In this document: one piece after another, positions 1 to 10,645 of the stretch
Numbering within the stretch: position 1 is the first letter of the stretch
Layout of the letters: each line of letters begins with the position of its first letter
NCBI GenBank assembly: GCA_963663865.1
Contig: OY760686.1
Location: 512,001 to 576,000 of the forward strand
DNA: 64,000 nt
Direction of reading: 5' to 3'
DNA from: Spirochaetota bacterium
Lineage (GTDB): Bacteria > Spirochaetota > UBA4802 > UBA5550
Translations under genes and position numbers: made by a program
Notes under the pieces: generated by a model
The model's database searches: none
Seen by the model: the letters and a program-made list of their open reading frames with translations, nothing else
What the model was told of the DNA's origin: nothing

Positions 1-162
1 TCTGCCGGTTCTTGTGCTTCCTGATTCAGAATAGATTATAGAAGAACTGAAAGCTCAAGCACAGTTGTTTGTGCCGGTATTTATGATTACTGAAGGCCCA
101 TACATGAGAATGAATGGTCCTTCTTTATGAAATAATCTGAGGATGTGCTTTGAGACTGAAGC

Positions 163-1077
163 TCAGTAGGTTCTCTCATATTCAGTGACTCTGTTAACTT
201 TAACCTCTTCGCCTCTCGGGTCGGTCTCTGTTCCCTCCTTATATCCAATAACGAACCTCTTGCCCTTCTGGGAGGTGTTCATCGCTGGCAAACCAGATTC
301 GCTGTCCAGTTCAAAGAAGTCCTTATCAGGCATCGAGTCAAACCTGAAAAGCGCGGTCTTTCCGTCGTCTCCCTTCAGCGTTATATAAAAACCGTCACCC
401 TCGAATCCTGTTCTTGCTGAGATAAAAATCCCTTCAAACAGCATGCTATCGGTATTTCGACTTGCGGCCTCAGCAATCTCTCGGACAGCCTTCATTGTCT
501 GTTCTTTGTTCAACGGACCAATTCCGGGTTTAGTATATTTACACCCTTTTGAGAGGAGATATTCCGTAATGGCAGCATGCCCGAAATCAACAGCATATCG
601 TATTGGCGGGTCTCCGCCAAGATCATTCCTGTCGAGTGGAAGGGCATTCAATGATATTTCTTTTAGAATTCTTATGTCAGGATTCTTTTCTCTCTGGAGC
701 AGGGAATGAAGAGCCTCAGATCCAGAGGGCATTTTTGCTCCCTTTGAGAAGAGCAGCTTCACTGTCTCGTAAGAATTGGCTGTTACTGCCGCTTCAACCG
801 CAGTCTTTGCGTTGTAATCAGGATTATCCTGGTCATGGTTTGGATCGCTTGAGTTGACGTTTGCTCCTCTGTCAAGCAGCGATTTCACAAGAGCGGTGTT
901 TCCTTCAGCAGCAGCTTGAAAAAGCTGTGAATCAAGAGACGAGTCGGACTTTTGTGCTGATACAGTTTCTCCTGTCTGAGTACTGGTCTTTTCAGGAGCG
1001 TTTTTTTTGCATTTGCATCCCATACCTGCAAGAAGGACGAGCATGATGATCAGGAGTTGTTTAAACCTGTTTTTCAT
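163..1077 (-). CDS. Ankyrin-repeat lipoprotein
   Basis: Probable start MKNRFKQLLIIMLVLLAGMGC (signal peptide and lipobox). Ankyrin repeats LFQAAAEGNTALVKSLLDRGANVN, AVEAAVTANSYETVKLLFSKGA, PIRYAVDFGHAAITEYLLSKG. The ORF track starts at 1143. Confidence 0.8.
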   Translation of the reverse strand: MKNRFKQLLIIMLVLLAGMGCKCKKNAPEKTSTQTGETVSAQKSDSSLDSQLFQAAAEGNTALVKSLLDRGANVNSSDPNHDQDNPDYNAKTAVEAAVTANSYETVKLLFSKGAKMPSGSEALHSLLQREKNPDIRILKEISLNALPLDRNDLGGDPPIRYAVDFGHAAITEYLLSKGCKYTKPGIGPLNKEQTMKAVREIAEAASRNTDSMLFEGIFISARTGFEGDGFYITLKGDDGKTALFRFDSMPDKDFFELDSESGLPAMNTSQKGKRFVIGYKEGTETDPRGEEVKVNRVTEYERTY

Positions 1078-1234
1078 ATTTACCTCTGATGAGTTGTAAT
1101 GATATATTTGAAAGCAATAGTGGACATCAGCATGAGAACGCACAGATAATAATTATATTTCGTGCGCTGCATAGGCCCAGCTTGCTATAGAATGTTAACC
1201 AGAAACAGCTATATTATGGTGCAGTCAATTGATT

Positions 1235-1409
1235 TTATTCAATTGCGGCCGCGTTAAGCATCATTATATGACTGATGACCGCTTCAGCAGTAATGTGATG
1301 CGCCTCAGCTGTCATGTGAATGCCGTCGTCGAGTAAAAGCTCCTTGAGGGATGACTGCTCAGCCATCGCAGACAGGATTATCAGGCTGTTTGACTGTGCA
1401 TTTTGACTC
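1235..1409 (-). pseudogene. C-terminal fragment of an SGNH/GDSL hydrolase
   Basis: Manual minus-strand translation gives ...MAEQSSLKELLLDDGIHMTAEAHHITAEAVISHIMMLNAAAIE*. DGIHxTxxAH matches the SGNH block V DxxH motif. An in-frame stop lies just upstream and no GDS block I is present. Confidence 0.5.
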
Positions 1410-1570
1410 TATATTTACTTCTTGACTGAGCGCCGCGAATATATATCAATTATCCGTTAGGAACAAATCAATATTATTTTATCGCGATGATGGGCATTTT
1501 GATACCGACTGCTGCCGGCTAGACGGACGACCAGCAGGCTCAGTTGAATCCGTAATTACAGGAGTGTAAA

Positions 1571-4189
1571 ATGATCAGAAAAATTCTCTCTGCTGTTTCT
1601 GAAGCGGTTGCCGGGGGCAAATATTCAGGTTTGATAGTGGGATGTATCTCTTTTCTGCTGGTATTTGCTGCCGGTCACAGTGAAATCTACAAGAGGTTTA
1701 ATCTGAACCTCTATGACATAGCGTTTACATTCAAGCCTTCTGTGCAGGAATGGGACAGATTGTCTTTTATCGATATTGATGATAACAGCACGGACACACT
1801 CGGCCAGTTTCCCTGGCCAAGGCATGTGTATGGATACGGCCTTGATGTCATGAAACAGGCCGGTGTTGATCTCGCTGTTCTTGATATTATGTTTCCCAAC
1901 AGGTCGCCACTTCATGTTGTGCCGGAAAAGGCAGATGTACTGAAGAAAAAAGCCGTCAAAAGGCAGCCTATATCTCCTGAGGAGCTGCAGGAGGCAGTGA
2001 TCGACAATGACCTTGAATTTGCGTCTTCTGTTAGCGCGATGGGGAGGGTTGTAATTTCATACAATCTGAGTCCGGAACCTGCTGTTCACGACGTGGTTGA
2101 ATTCCAGAAAACGGCGGCTTTTCAAAAAGCCCGGAGAAGATTCGAAGAAAGGGCCTCTATTGCAGTAAGTCCGGAGATGAAGAGCCGCTTCGCGGGACTT
2201 GAAGATGACAAGACAAAAAGCCTGTCGTATCCTATTCCGGAGTTAATGGAGTCAGCAAAGCTTTTTGGTTTCGTAAACCGCGATACGGACATCGACGGCG
2301 CAGTGAGAAAAGTGCGGCTTGTTCAGATGTTCAACGACAGGTTATATTTTAATCTTGCACTTGTTATGTTGATGAATATCTGCGGAATCGACGCCGCGTC
2401 GGTCAATATTCATCCGGGGGACGGAATTATTCTCGAAGGCGGATTCAATCCTGTTACGGGAAAGGCAGGCAACATTAAGATTCCCGTTGATGAAAAGGGA
2501 ATGATGTATGTCAACTGGGCCGGTGAGGGGAAGAGGGAAGAGACCTTCAATATATTGTCGTATTATTCCCTGATGGAGTATGATCAGTTTTCAGATTCAG
2601 TCCATGACTATCTTGACGGACAGGCAGGCCCCGCAGCGGCGGTGAAGCTTTCAGCTATCAACAAGTCAATAGAGCAGGGACTAAAGGGTTTCAGGAAAGC
2701 CGTTTCAGGACCTGAAAAGGAAAAGCTATGGAAGCAGGTAGAGGCTCTCAGAATGGAAAAGGCAGAGATTAAGAACCAGCTTGTAAAGCCTCTGCAGGAA
2801 GAAATCGCGAGCATAGAGGGCATGCTTCGCGGTAAGGAGGACGCTGAAACGAGGAAGTACCTTGAAGAGCTGAAAAACGATGAGAAGGCTGTAAAGATGG
2901 TCATGTCCGTTGATAATCTATCGGGCCACACGGCCATTACCGGTCTCACCGCGACCGGTACTATCGATATCGGACAGACGCCGCTTTCAAACGAGTATGC
3001 CATGGTAGGGGCCTATCACAACACAGTAAACACAGTGCTTCAGGGAGCTTACATCGGGATTGCCGACAGAATGTTCAATCTTGTATTGATGTTTGCGTTA
3101 GCACTCGCGATCGGAATAGCTGTGCATAAGATGAACGCGCGGTATGGTATTTTGACAGTTGCAGTGTCATTTATTGCGGCAAATATCTGTGCCATAGGAA
3201 CCTTTTCTCTATTCAATTTCTGGATAGATCAGCTTGGCGTCTCTTTGTCGCTTCTTCTTCCGTCTGTATCTATAGTCTCTCTAAAGTTCATGAAAGAAGA
3301 GAATCAGAAGAAGTTTATAAAGGGGGCTTTTTCGCGATATCTGGCGCCGAGCATAATTGACCAGATTATTGCAAACCCTAAATCGCTTGAGCTGGGTGGA
3401 GAGGAGAGGGAGATAACAATCTTTTTTTCCGATGTAGCGAAGTTTTCGACCATATCGGAGAAGCTCACACCGCCTGAACTTGTCAAACTCCTGAACGAGT
3501 ACCTGTCAGCTATGACAGAGATAATACTTGCCCACGGCGGAACGGTTGACAAATATGAAGGGGATGCCGTTATGGCTTTTTTTGGAGCGCCGCTTTATCA
3601 GGAAGATCATGCTGTCAGGGCCTGTCTCGCGGCAATCGACCAGAACAGGAGGCTTAAAGAGCTTCAGGAACACTGGCGTGATACGGGCCAGGACCAGCTT
3701 TCTGTGAGGATGGGAATGAATACAGGTAAAGCCGTCGTCGGGAACATGGGATCGGCAAGCAAGATGGATTACACAGCAATGGGGGATTCCGTTAATCTCG
3801 CTTCAAGGCTTGAAGGGGCAAACAAGTACTACGGCAGCCACAGCATGATAAGCGAAGCGACGTACGAGGCCGCGTCAGATTTTATTGATGTGCGCAAGCT
3901 CGATATAATCAGGGTTGTGGGCAAGGAGCAGCCTATAACAATCTATGAGCTTCTCGGAAGAAAGGGCACCCTGCCAGGGTATATGTACGAGATGATGGAG
4001 CGCTATAACAGGGGGATTGAGCAGTTCAGCAACCGGCAGTGGAAAAGAGCGAAACAGTACTTTAATGAGGCGCTTGAGGTTGTTCCCGATGACGGGCCAA
4101 GTCAGACCTATGTACAGAGATGTGAAGAATTCGCCAAAAAGCCTCCATCAAAGAACTGGGACGGAGTCTACAGAATGAAATCAAAATAG
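1571..4189 (+). CDS. CHASE2-domain class III adenylate/guanylate cyclase
   Basis: CHASE2 motifs (FIDIDDNS..LGQFPWPR, DTDIDGAVRK), three TM helices, cyclase motifs FFSDVAKFST, DKYEGDAVMAFFGAP, GDSVNLASRLEG, and a C-terminal TPR-like tail. Confidence 0.93.
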   Translation: MIRKILSAVSEAVAGGKYSGLIVGCISFLLVFAAGHSEIYKRFNLNLYDIAFTFKPSVQEWDRLSFIDIDDNSTDTLGQFPWPRHVYGYGLDVMKQAGVDLAVLDIMFPNRSPLHVVPEKADVLKKKAVKRQPISPEELQEAVIDNDLEFASSVSAMGRVVISYNLSPEPAVHDVVEFQKTAAFQKARRRFEERASIAVSPEMKSRFAGLEDDKTKSLSYPIPELMESAKLFGFVNRDTDIDGAVRKVRLVQMFNDRLYFNLALVMLMNICGIDAASVNIHPGDGIILEGGFNPVTGKAGNIKIPVDEKGMMYVNWAGEGKREETFNILSYYSLMEYDQFSDSVHDYLDGQAGPAAAVKLSAINKSIEQGLKGFRKAVSGPEKEKLWKQVEALRMEKAEIKNQLVKPLQEEIASIEGMLRGKEDAETRKYLEELKNDEKAVKMVMSVDNLSGHTAITGLTATGTIDIGQTPLSNEYAMVGAYHNTVNTVLQGAYIGIADRMFNLVLMFALALAIGIAVHKMNARYGILTVAVSFIAANICAIGTFSLFNFWIDQLGVSLSLLLPSVSIVSLKFMKEENQKKFIKGAFSRYLAPSIIDQIIANPKSLELGGEEREITIFFSDVAKFSTISEKLTPPELVKLLNEYLSAMTEIILAHGGTVDKYEGDAVMAFFGAPLYQEDHAVRACLAAIDQNRRLKELQEHWRDTGQDQLSVRMGMNTGKAVVGNMGSASKMDYTAMGDSVNLASRLEGANKYYGSHSMISEATYEAASDFIDVRKLDIIRVVGKEQPITIYELLGRKGTLPGYMYEMMERYNRGIEQFSNRQWKRAKQYFNEALEVVPDDGPSQTYVQRCEEFAKKPPSKNWDGVYRMKSK

Positions 4190-4277
4190 GGGCAGAGCTT
4201 CCTGCTCTTACGGGATTAATTATTGACAATTTACCGCTTCAGCAGGTTTGATAGGGTATACAATCAAGGAGAATCAA

Positions 4278-5642
4278 ATGTTTAAAAAGATGAAAGAAAG
4301 GAGTACTCATTTCCTGGCCATAGCCTTCGTTCTTGGACTGTTTATGGGAGTTAATGTTTCATTCCTTGCCTCAGCCGAAGAACCGGCGCATAAATATCTG
4401 GATTATTTTCACAGGATTTATCAGATCCTCCGCAATGAATATGTAGACCAGACTGATAATAAGGAGCTTTTCTACGGAGCGATGAGAGGTATGATAAAGT
4501 CTCTCGACGATCCTTTTTCAAGATTTCTCGATGAGGAGTCCTATGAAGAGCTTAGAGAAATGACAAGCGGCAAGTTCGTCGGCGTAGGAATCGAGATCAC
4601 TACCAAAGATGATGAAGTCGTTGTCATTTCTCCTATCGAAGACTCGCCCGCGATGAAAGCTGGTATTCACGCGGGGGATATTATCACAAAGGTGAATGAT
4701 ACACGCGTTAAGGGGATGAAGCTCAGCGAAATAGTAAAGCTTATCAAGGGGCTTCCGAAGACACGTGTTAATCTTCAGATATCGAGAGAAGGCTATGACG
4801 AGCCAATAGATGTTTCAATGGAGAGGGCATCAATAAAAATAAGAAGCGTAGACTACGGAGTTATTGAAGGCCATGACGCCGGCTATATCAGAATAATGAA
4901 TTTCGGTAACGATACACCTTCAGATGTTTCAAAGGCGCTCAAGTTCTTTAACCAGAAGAAGATAGACAGGCTTATTCTTGACTTGAGGTATAACCCGGGA
5001 GGGCTGCTCTCCGCTGCTGTTGAAATCTCAGATATGTTTCTGGAACCAGCAAAAGTGATTGTGTCGACAAGGGGGCGGGACGGAGTTAATCCGGAAAGAG
5101 TGTTTAAATCTGAGAACGATCCGATAGCTCGCGAAAAGCTTGTCGTACTTGTCAATAAAGGAAGCGCTTCTGCATCTGAGATACTGGCCGGAGCCATAAG
5201 AGACAACAAGAGAGGCACGCTTGTCGGCGAGAAAACCTTCGGAAAGGGGTCAGTTCAAAAGTCCTATGACCTCGGCGATGACGTTGGTGTTGCCATTACA
5301 ATAGCTAAATACTTCACGCCATCCGGAGAGTGCATTCATAAAGTGGGTATTGAGCCGGATGAAAAGGTTGAACCGTACAAATTCCTCAAGGACGAAATGA
5401 AATACATCAATCAGATGACAAAGGACAATATTGCTGAAGAATACATTAAAAAAGATATGGAATACAGCGAAAGCTCGCGAATTGCTTTCAGGTCATATCT
5501 TAAGTCAAAAGATATACAAATTTCTGACAGGTCTTCTGATATGATTCTCTATAACAGCATTAACAGATATAGAAAAAAGCCGCTTTATAGTATTGAATTT
5601 GACGACCAACTTGCACGAGGACTGGAGATTTTGAAAAAGTGA
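4278..5642 (+). CDS. ctpA: S41 carboxyl-terminal processing protease (PDZ)
   Basis: GVGIEI PDZ motif, DLRYNPGGLL, catalytic SASASEI and KTFGKGSVQ. AAGGAG precedes the ATG at 4278. Confidence 0.93.
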   Translation: MFKKMKERSTHFLAIAFVLGLFMGVNVSFLASAEEPAHKYLDYFHRIYQILRNEYVDQTDNKELFYGAMRGMIKSLDDPFSRFLDEESYEELREMTSGKFVGVGIEITTKDDEVVVISPIEDSPAMKAGIHAGDIITKVNDTRVKGMKLSEIVKLIKGLPKTRVNLQISREGYDEPIDVSMERASIKIRSVDYGVIEGHDAGYIRIMNFGNDTPSDVSKALKFFNQKKIDRLILDLRYNPGGLLSAAVEISDMFLEPAKVIVSTRGRDGVNPERVFKSENDPIAREKLVVLVNKGSASASEILAGAIRDNKRGTLVGEKTFGKGSVQKSYDLGDDVGVAITIAKYFTPSGECIHKVGIEPDEKVEPYKFLKDEMKYINQMTKDNIAEEYIKKDMEYSESSRIAFRSYLKSKDIQISDRSSDMILYNSINRYRKKPLYSIEFDDQLARGLEILKK

Positions 5643-6646
5643 GTTCCAGTTTATATTTAAATAGTATAACAGGACTTGGGCTTGAGAGTTCCTGTGATGA
5701 GACGGCTGCTTCAGTAGTGAAGGATGGCACCAGTATCCTTTCGAATGAGATCAACAGCCAGATTGATCTGCACAGGGAGTACTTTGGTGTAGTACCGGAA
5801 ATAGCTTCGAGGTCTCATCTCGAAACCATTAACGGCCTGGTTGAGAGGGCTCTTGACAGAGCTGGAATTGGCTTTGCTGATCTTCATTATGTCGCTGCCA
5901 CCTCCCGCCCCGGTCTTGTGGGGTCGCTTCTTATTGCACTTCAATGCGCGAAGACGATATCGTTTGTAAGAAAGATTCCGCTGATAGCGGTCAATCACCT
6001 TGAGGCTCATCTCTATGCGCCGTTTCTTGAAGGACATCAATTGCGATACCCTTTTATAGGGCTCCTTGTGTCCGGCGGCAATACGGTGATTTATGAAGTT
6101 CAAGGGATCGGGCAAATGGAGAAGCTCTCAAGAACGGTAGATGATGCAGCGGGAGAGGCTTTTGACAAAGTTGCAAAGTATCTTGATCTTGGATATCCTG
6201 GCGGGCCTGTAATAGAGAAGCTTGCCAGAGAGGCTGTAAAAAAGGAGAAGATTTTCCCGAAAATTCTAACCGATCCGGGTGACAGCCGCTTTTCTTACAG
6301 CGGAATTAAGACCGCAGTCGTTAACTATATAAAGGCGAACCCTGATGCCGAAAAAGCCGAGGTTGTATACAGCTTCCAGGAAAGAGCGCTGGAAATACTG
6401 GCTCGCCGGGTTTTCGCGGCTGCGAGGGTGCGGGGGATCAGAGATATCGTTGTTGCCGGAGGGGTAGCGTCGAACGGAAGGCTGAGGGATATCCTTTATT
6501 CTGAGAAGAAAAAGGATGAAAATGTAATTGTAGCTTCTCCTGGCCTCTGCACCGACAATGCCGCGATGGTTGCCGGACTCGCATACAGATATTATGAGGC
6601 GGGCCGCTTTGATGATCTTCGCGTTGATGTGTGTGCAAGGGTATAA
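5639..6646 (+). CDS. tsaD: tRNA N6-adenosine threonylcarbamoyltransferase
   Basis: ESSCDET, VVPEIASRSH, HLEAH metal motif, DDAAGEAFDK, CTDNAAMVA. Confidence 0.96.
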   Translation: MSSSLYLNSITGLGLESSCDETAASVVKDGTSILSNEINSQIDLHREYFGVVPEIASRSHLETINGLVERALDRAGIGFADLHYVAATSRPGLVGSLLIALQCAKTISFVRKIPLIAVNHLEAHLYAPFLEGHQLRYPFIGLLVSGGNTVIYEVQGIGQMEKLSRTVDDAAGEAFDKVAKYLDLGYPGGPVIEKLAREAVKKEKIFPKILTDPGDSRFSYSGIKTAVVNYIKANPDAEKAEVVYSFQERALEILARRVFAAARVRGIRDIVVAGGVASNGRLRDILYSEKKKDENVIVASPGLCTDNAAMVAGLAYRYYEAGRFDDLRVDVCARV

Positions 6647-6667
6647 ATTTCTTTACAGGACTTTCTT

Positions 6668-7423
6668 ATGAGAGCTGTTAAAAACCGCAGTTATAATAAT
6701 CTCATCGACTTCTGCATAAATTGTGAAGAAAATCCCGAAATGGCGGGCAAACCGCGTGAGATATTCCGCGTGCTGCTCTCAGAGTGCTTTTTTAGCGAAG
6801 AGGCGTCTCAAAGCAAATCCTTTCAGAGGATACTTGAGGGAGTCGAACTGCCTTCTTTTCTCGATGAAAAGCCGAGTATTCTGAAGGTTGACGTCGATGA
6901 GCTTGAGCAGTGGATTAATGGGGACATCCTCGCTGATTCACTTTGCGGTAAGCTGATGTTTTCCAGGGAATATCTGAATGCTTTCTACCATGACCATCCG
7001 CCATCATTTTCGAAGCTGCCAGACGGAGTTAGGGAAGCATTGGCTGCTGAGGCAAAAGTAAGAAATGCCGCAATTGTCGAGGCGTTCAGAAAAATTGAAC
7101 ACGATATTGAGGCGGACAGGAAACGAAAAGTAATCAATCTTGTCGCGCTTATCATAAAAAATGTTCAACTTCGCTCGGGACATCCTACAATTAACCCTGC
7201 TGAACCTGCTTCAAAGATTATTTCTACGATATTCAAGACCAATGATGAGGTCTTCACCGCTAAACAATCACAGATGAGCGAACTGGCAGACGACACAAGG
7301 ATAAAGAGCCTTATAAAAAGCTTTTTCAGGATAAGGATGTTTTCCGAAATAACGGATTTAACACGATTATATCATAAGGAACTTGATCGATATAAGAAAA
7401 GAGCAGTCCGGGCTTCAACGTAA
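6668..7423 (+). CDS. Hypothetical protein
   Basis: 251 aa ORF continuing the tsaD operon; no motif recognised. Confidence 0.7.
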   Translation: MRAVKNRSYNNLIDFCINCEENPEMAGKPREIFRVLLSECFFSEEASQSKSFQRILEGVELPSFLDEKPSILKVDVDELEQWINGDILADSLCGKLMFSREYLNAFYHDHPPSFSKLPDGVREALAAEAKVRNAAIVEAFRKIEHDIEADRKRKVINLVALIIKNVQLRSGHPTINPAEPASKIISTIFKTNDEVFTAKQSQMSELADDTRIKSLIKSFFRIRMFSEITDLTRLYHKELDRYKKRAVRAST

Positions 7424-7439
7424 TATCGGGGTATAGATA

Positions 7440-8609
7440 ATGGACTTTGTTGAGGAAAAAACACCAGCGGGAAATACAGTCAAGATAATGCTGAAAAAAT
7501 GGCAATACCTTGTATTTACACGTAAGGGCGAATCTATTTATGGCGGTGAGGGTGGAAAAAGCCTTCTTCACAATGTCCCGAGAATCCTTTTCGCGGGGAC
7601 ATCGTTTGCGCCCAAAAGAAATTATCTAAAAAAATATTATCTTCTAAGAGCCAGCAAAGGAAGAATAATTGTCCCCTATGAGGATATTATTGCAAAGAGA
7701 ACTAAATACTTCTTCATTGATTACGAGACTGATGTTGATGCTGTTCCAGCAAGGATATTTCATGTATCCAATATTGCATCCATGATCAGGGAGATTGATA
7801 TAAAACAAAAACCTGATTATGTTATTATTGATCATACAATTACGGACAACGATACTGTAATTATAAAGGGCAGGTATAAGGTTGAACATGTTCTCAGGGT
7901 TGAGAAGGAAACTCTCAGAATGGAAGATGACAGGGAAAAACTTCTAAATTTAAATATGATGTCCAACAATGCAGTATTCCTTTCCCGTATTCATATGCGT
8001 AATATGGAACTTTCCAAAATTAATCAGCTTCTGTTGGACTTCGAGCTTACAGCCCTTGATACTGAGTACATTTTGAATCTCATAGAAAAACAACTGAGAA
8101 GTGAGGATGCCTCTTCTCGAGACAAAAGCAGGCCTATGCTCGAGGAGCTCAGCAACTCTTTCAGGTTTTACAGGTATCTTCTTATGAGGGATGATGAGGG
8201 AGTCAGGTCGATGATTGAATCGCAGACGGACGCCAGGAAGATGACTCCGTTCAGCACCCTTATTTCGAAAGTTAAATCAATCTATCCCAACAGGGAAGAA
8301 CAGATTCTGTACACTGAATATGAACAGATTGTTGCAGAGAAAATCAGAGAGCTTACTGGAGGACAGGAAACTCAATCCCTGACCGAACCGGAATCAGATG
8401 AATATCCGGAAAATACTTTTGAAGAGCATGCTCGTGAAAATAATAGTCAGAGCGATGAAAACAATAAAGCTGAAGATGAAACAGATAAACCTGTTTCAGA
8501 AAAATACGAAGAATTAACATCGCAGACCGATGAAGGATTCAATGACGATGATGTTTACAGCGGTTACTTTGAAAAAGAGAACTTTGAGGGAGAACAACTT
8601 GAGGATTAA
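7440..8609 (+). CDS. Hypothetical protein with acidic low-complexity C-terminus
   Basis: 389 aa ORF with operon-like spacing and an E/D-rich tail. Confidence 0.7.
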   Translation: MDFVEEKTPAGNTVKIMLKKWQYLVFTRKGESIYGGEGGKSLLHNVPRILFAGTSFAPKRNYLKKYYLLRASKGRIIVPYEDIIAKRTKYFFIDYETDVDAVPARIFHVSNIASMIREIDIKQKPDYVIIDHTITDNDTVIIKGRYKVEHVLRVEKETLRMEDDREKLLNLNMMSNNAVFLSRIHMRNMELSKINQLLLDFELTALDTEYILNLIEKQLRSEDASSRDKSRPMLEELSNSFRFYRYLLMRDDEGVRSMIESQTDARKMTPFSTLISKVKSIYPNREEQILYTEYEQIVAEKIRELTGGQETQSLTEPESDEYPENTFEEHARENNSQSDENNKAEDETDKPVSEKYEELTSQTDEGFNDDDVYSGYFEKENFEGEQLED

Positions 8610-9612
8610 AGTTTGCCTTTTTTTCAGCATAATAATTGCTTTTTCAGCTAATCATCTTCCGGCTAATGAGGGCTGGTGGTCTGTTTACTTTACGAGCCCG
8701 GGTAAAGCCCAGGAATCGACAAAACAGCCTGAAGATGCACTTATAAGCGAAATTGACAGAACAAAAACGGAGATAAACGGGGCATTTTTTGATATCAGTT
8801 CAAAGAAGATAGCTGACGCTTTTCTGAGGGCAAAAGCCAGGGGGGTACTTGTCAGACTTGTCACTGACAATATGCACTATTCGAACCCTCAGGTATCAAG
8901 GTTAATCAGCGGCGGTATTCAAGTTATAACGGACAATCGAAGAGCTTTTATGCACAACAAATTTGCTGTTTTTGATGGAAACACGGTATGGACCGGTTCG
9001 ATGAATATAACCGACAACGGTGTCAGGCTTAATAACAACAATTCTCTTCTGATAAAGTCTTCCGCTCTTGCATCAATCTACAACTCAGAATTTAGAGAAA
9101 TGTTCAGCGAGCGCGTATTCGGTAACAGGAGGGAGCCCGGCATACTGCCCTCTCTCGGGAACAGATATCACGTAAAAATTGGGGATACTGATATTAATGC
9201 CTATTTTTCACCGGAAAATAACATTGAAGATATCATAGTCAAGAGAATTCGCGGTGCAAAAAAGTCTATACACTTCATGGCATTCTCCTTTACCAGCGGT
9301 AGAATCGGCGAGGAAATGACAAGGGCGGCGAGGCGAGGGGTTAAGGTATTCGGACTTTTTGAAAAGAGGGGAGCCGGTTCAAAATACTCTCAGTTCACAA
9401 AGATGAAAGTTGAAGGGATTGGTGTTAAAAAAGACACAAATCCCAGAGCAATGCACCATAAGGTCATTATTATTGACGGACAAAGGCTGATAACCGGATC
9501 GTATAACTTTTCAAAAAACGCCGCGAAGAAGAATGATGAAAATGTTTTGATGATAGATAATAAAAGTATTTGCGATGAGTACATAAAAGAATTCTACAGG
9601 CTCTACAGATAA
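8599..9612 (+). CDS. Secreted phospholipase D-family protein (two HKD motifs; nuclease or phospholipase)
   Basis: MHNKFAVFD...TGSMN and MHHKVIIID...TGSYN. N-terminal signal peptide. TTG at 8599 follows GAGGGAG. Confidence 0.88.
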   Translation: MRIKVCLFFSIIIAFSANHLPANEGWWSVYFTSPGKAQESTKQPEDALISEIDRTKTEINGAFFDISSKKIADAFLRAKARGVLVRLVTDNMHYSNPQVSRLISGGIQVITDNRRAFMHNKFAVFDGNTVWTGSMNITDNGVRLNNNNSLLIKSSALASIYNSEFREMFSERVFGNRREPGILPSLGNRYHVKIGDTDINAYFSPENNIEDIIVKRIRGAKKSIHFMAFSFTSGRIGEEMTRAARRGVKVFGLFEKRGAGSKYSQFTKMKVEGIGVKKDTNPRAMHHKVIIIDGQRLITGSYNFSKNAAKKNDENVLMIDNKSICDEYIKEFYRLYR

Positions 9613-9865
9613 GATTTCCTCCAGTCAAATAAAATTTAAGATCAATAAACTTCCCCTCAGGCTCAAGAAATTCATTAGTAGGAATCCTGTTAAATCAGAT
9701 TTTATTAATATATTTCGACAATAATAATATGAAAAAGCAGAAAGCATTACTAAATCGAACTGTATAGTTTGAATATAAGACAAAATAGAAAATATATTAT
9801 TTACTTCTTAAAAAAAGATTTTAGTGAAGTGTGTCTCCAGGCGTTTCATTTTTGGAGAATAACAG

Positions 9866-10531
9866 ATGATTAAGAAGAATTTAACAATGCCGATCCAGAG
9901 ATGCATAGCCGGAGAAGAGATTAAAAACCTTTCAGATTCAGAGCTCCTTGCCGTGATTATAGGGACTGGGGCGAAAGGAAATGGAGTAATTGAGGTATCA
10001 AACTCTGCGGTAAAGGCATTTGGGGGATTACCGGGCATGTATGCGGCGGGAATCAGAGAGCTTGCCGCCCGGTGCGGAATCGGACTGACAAAGGCTGTGA
10101 AAATCCACAGCGCCTTTGAAATGGGCAGGAGAATACTTTCTGACAGAAGAGAGCTGGAGCAGATATCATCACCTGAGGCTGTATGGAAGTTCTTCATATC
10201 AGAGACGGCGGGGCTGGTGCGCGAGGAATTCAGGGTGCTTATTTTGAACAATAAGAACAGGCTGATTAAGAGGTCAGTAATATCGGTTGGCACTGTTTCA
10301 GAAGCGCTTGTACATCCGCGCGAAGTATATAGGGAGGCGATAAGGGAAGGAGGGTCGGCAATAATTGTTGTACACAACCATCCTTCAGGTTTTTTGGCCC
10401 CATCATCGGAGGATATTAAGGTAACAGAGAGGCTCAGGGACGCTGGCAAGCTAATTGGAATCACGCTGCTTGATCATGTTATTGTATCTGATCAGGGATA
10501 TCTCAGCCTGAAGGAGGAAGGGGTCTTATAG
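9866..10531 (+). CDS. radC: RadC/JAB-domain (UPF0758) protein
   Basis: LSDSELLAVII N-terminus, VHPREV, HNHPSG...PSSED, LLDHVIV. Confidence 0.93.
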   Translation: MIKKNLTMPIQRCIAGEEIKNLSDSELLAVIIGTGAKGNGVIEVSNSAVKAFGGLPGMYAAGIRELAARCGIGLTKAVKIHSAFEMGRRILSDRRELEQISSPEAVWKFFISETAGLVREEFRVLILNNKNRLIKRSVISVGTVSEALVHPREVYREAIREGGSAIIVVHNHPSGFLAPSSEDIKVTERLRDAGKLIGITLLDHVIVSDQGYLSLKEEGVL

Positions 10532-10590
10532 AAAGCTGGGGCAAGATTAATCGATTTCCATAGAGTGATGAATGAATCGAGATATAAAGA

Positions 10591-10616
10591 AGAGGACGCC
10601 TTTCGGCGCCCTCTTT
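10591..10616. terminator. Intrinsic terminator between convergent radC and GH3 #1
   Basis: Hairpin AGAGGACGCC-TTTC-GGCGCCCTCT with A/T-rich flanks. Confidence 0.6.
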
Positions 10617-10645
10617 GAAGTCAAATAAGTACTAATTCGTATGAA

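Noticed and set aside
9808-10464. Long antisense ORFs (e.g. opposite radC, within GH3 #2 at 21971-22777, and within the kinase)
   Set aside because: Shadow ORFs of well-supported genes on the other strand.
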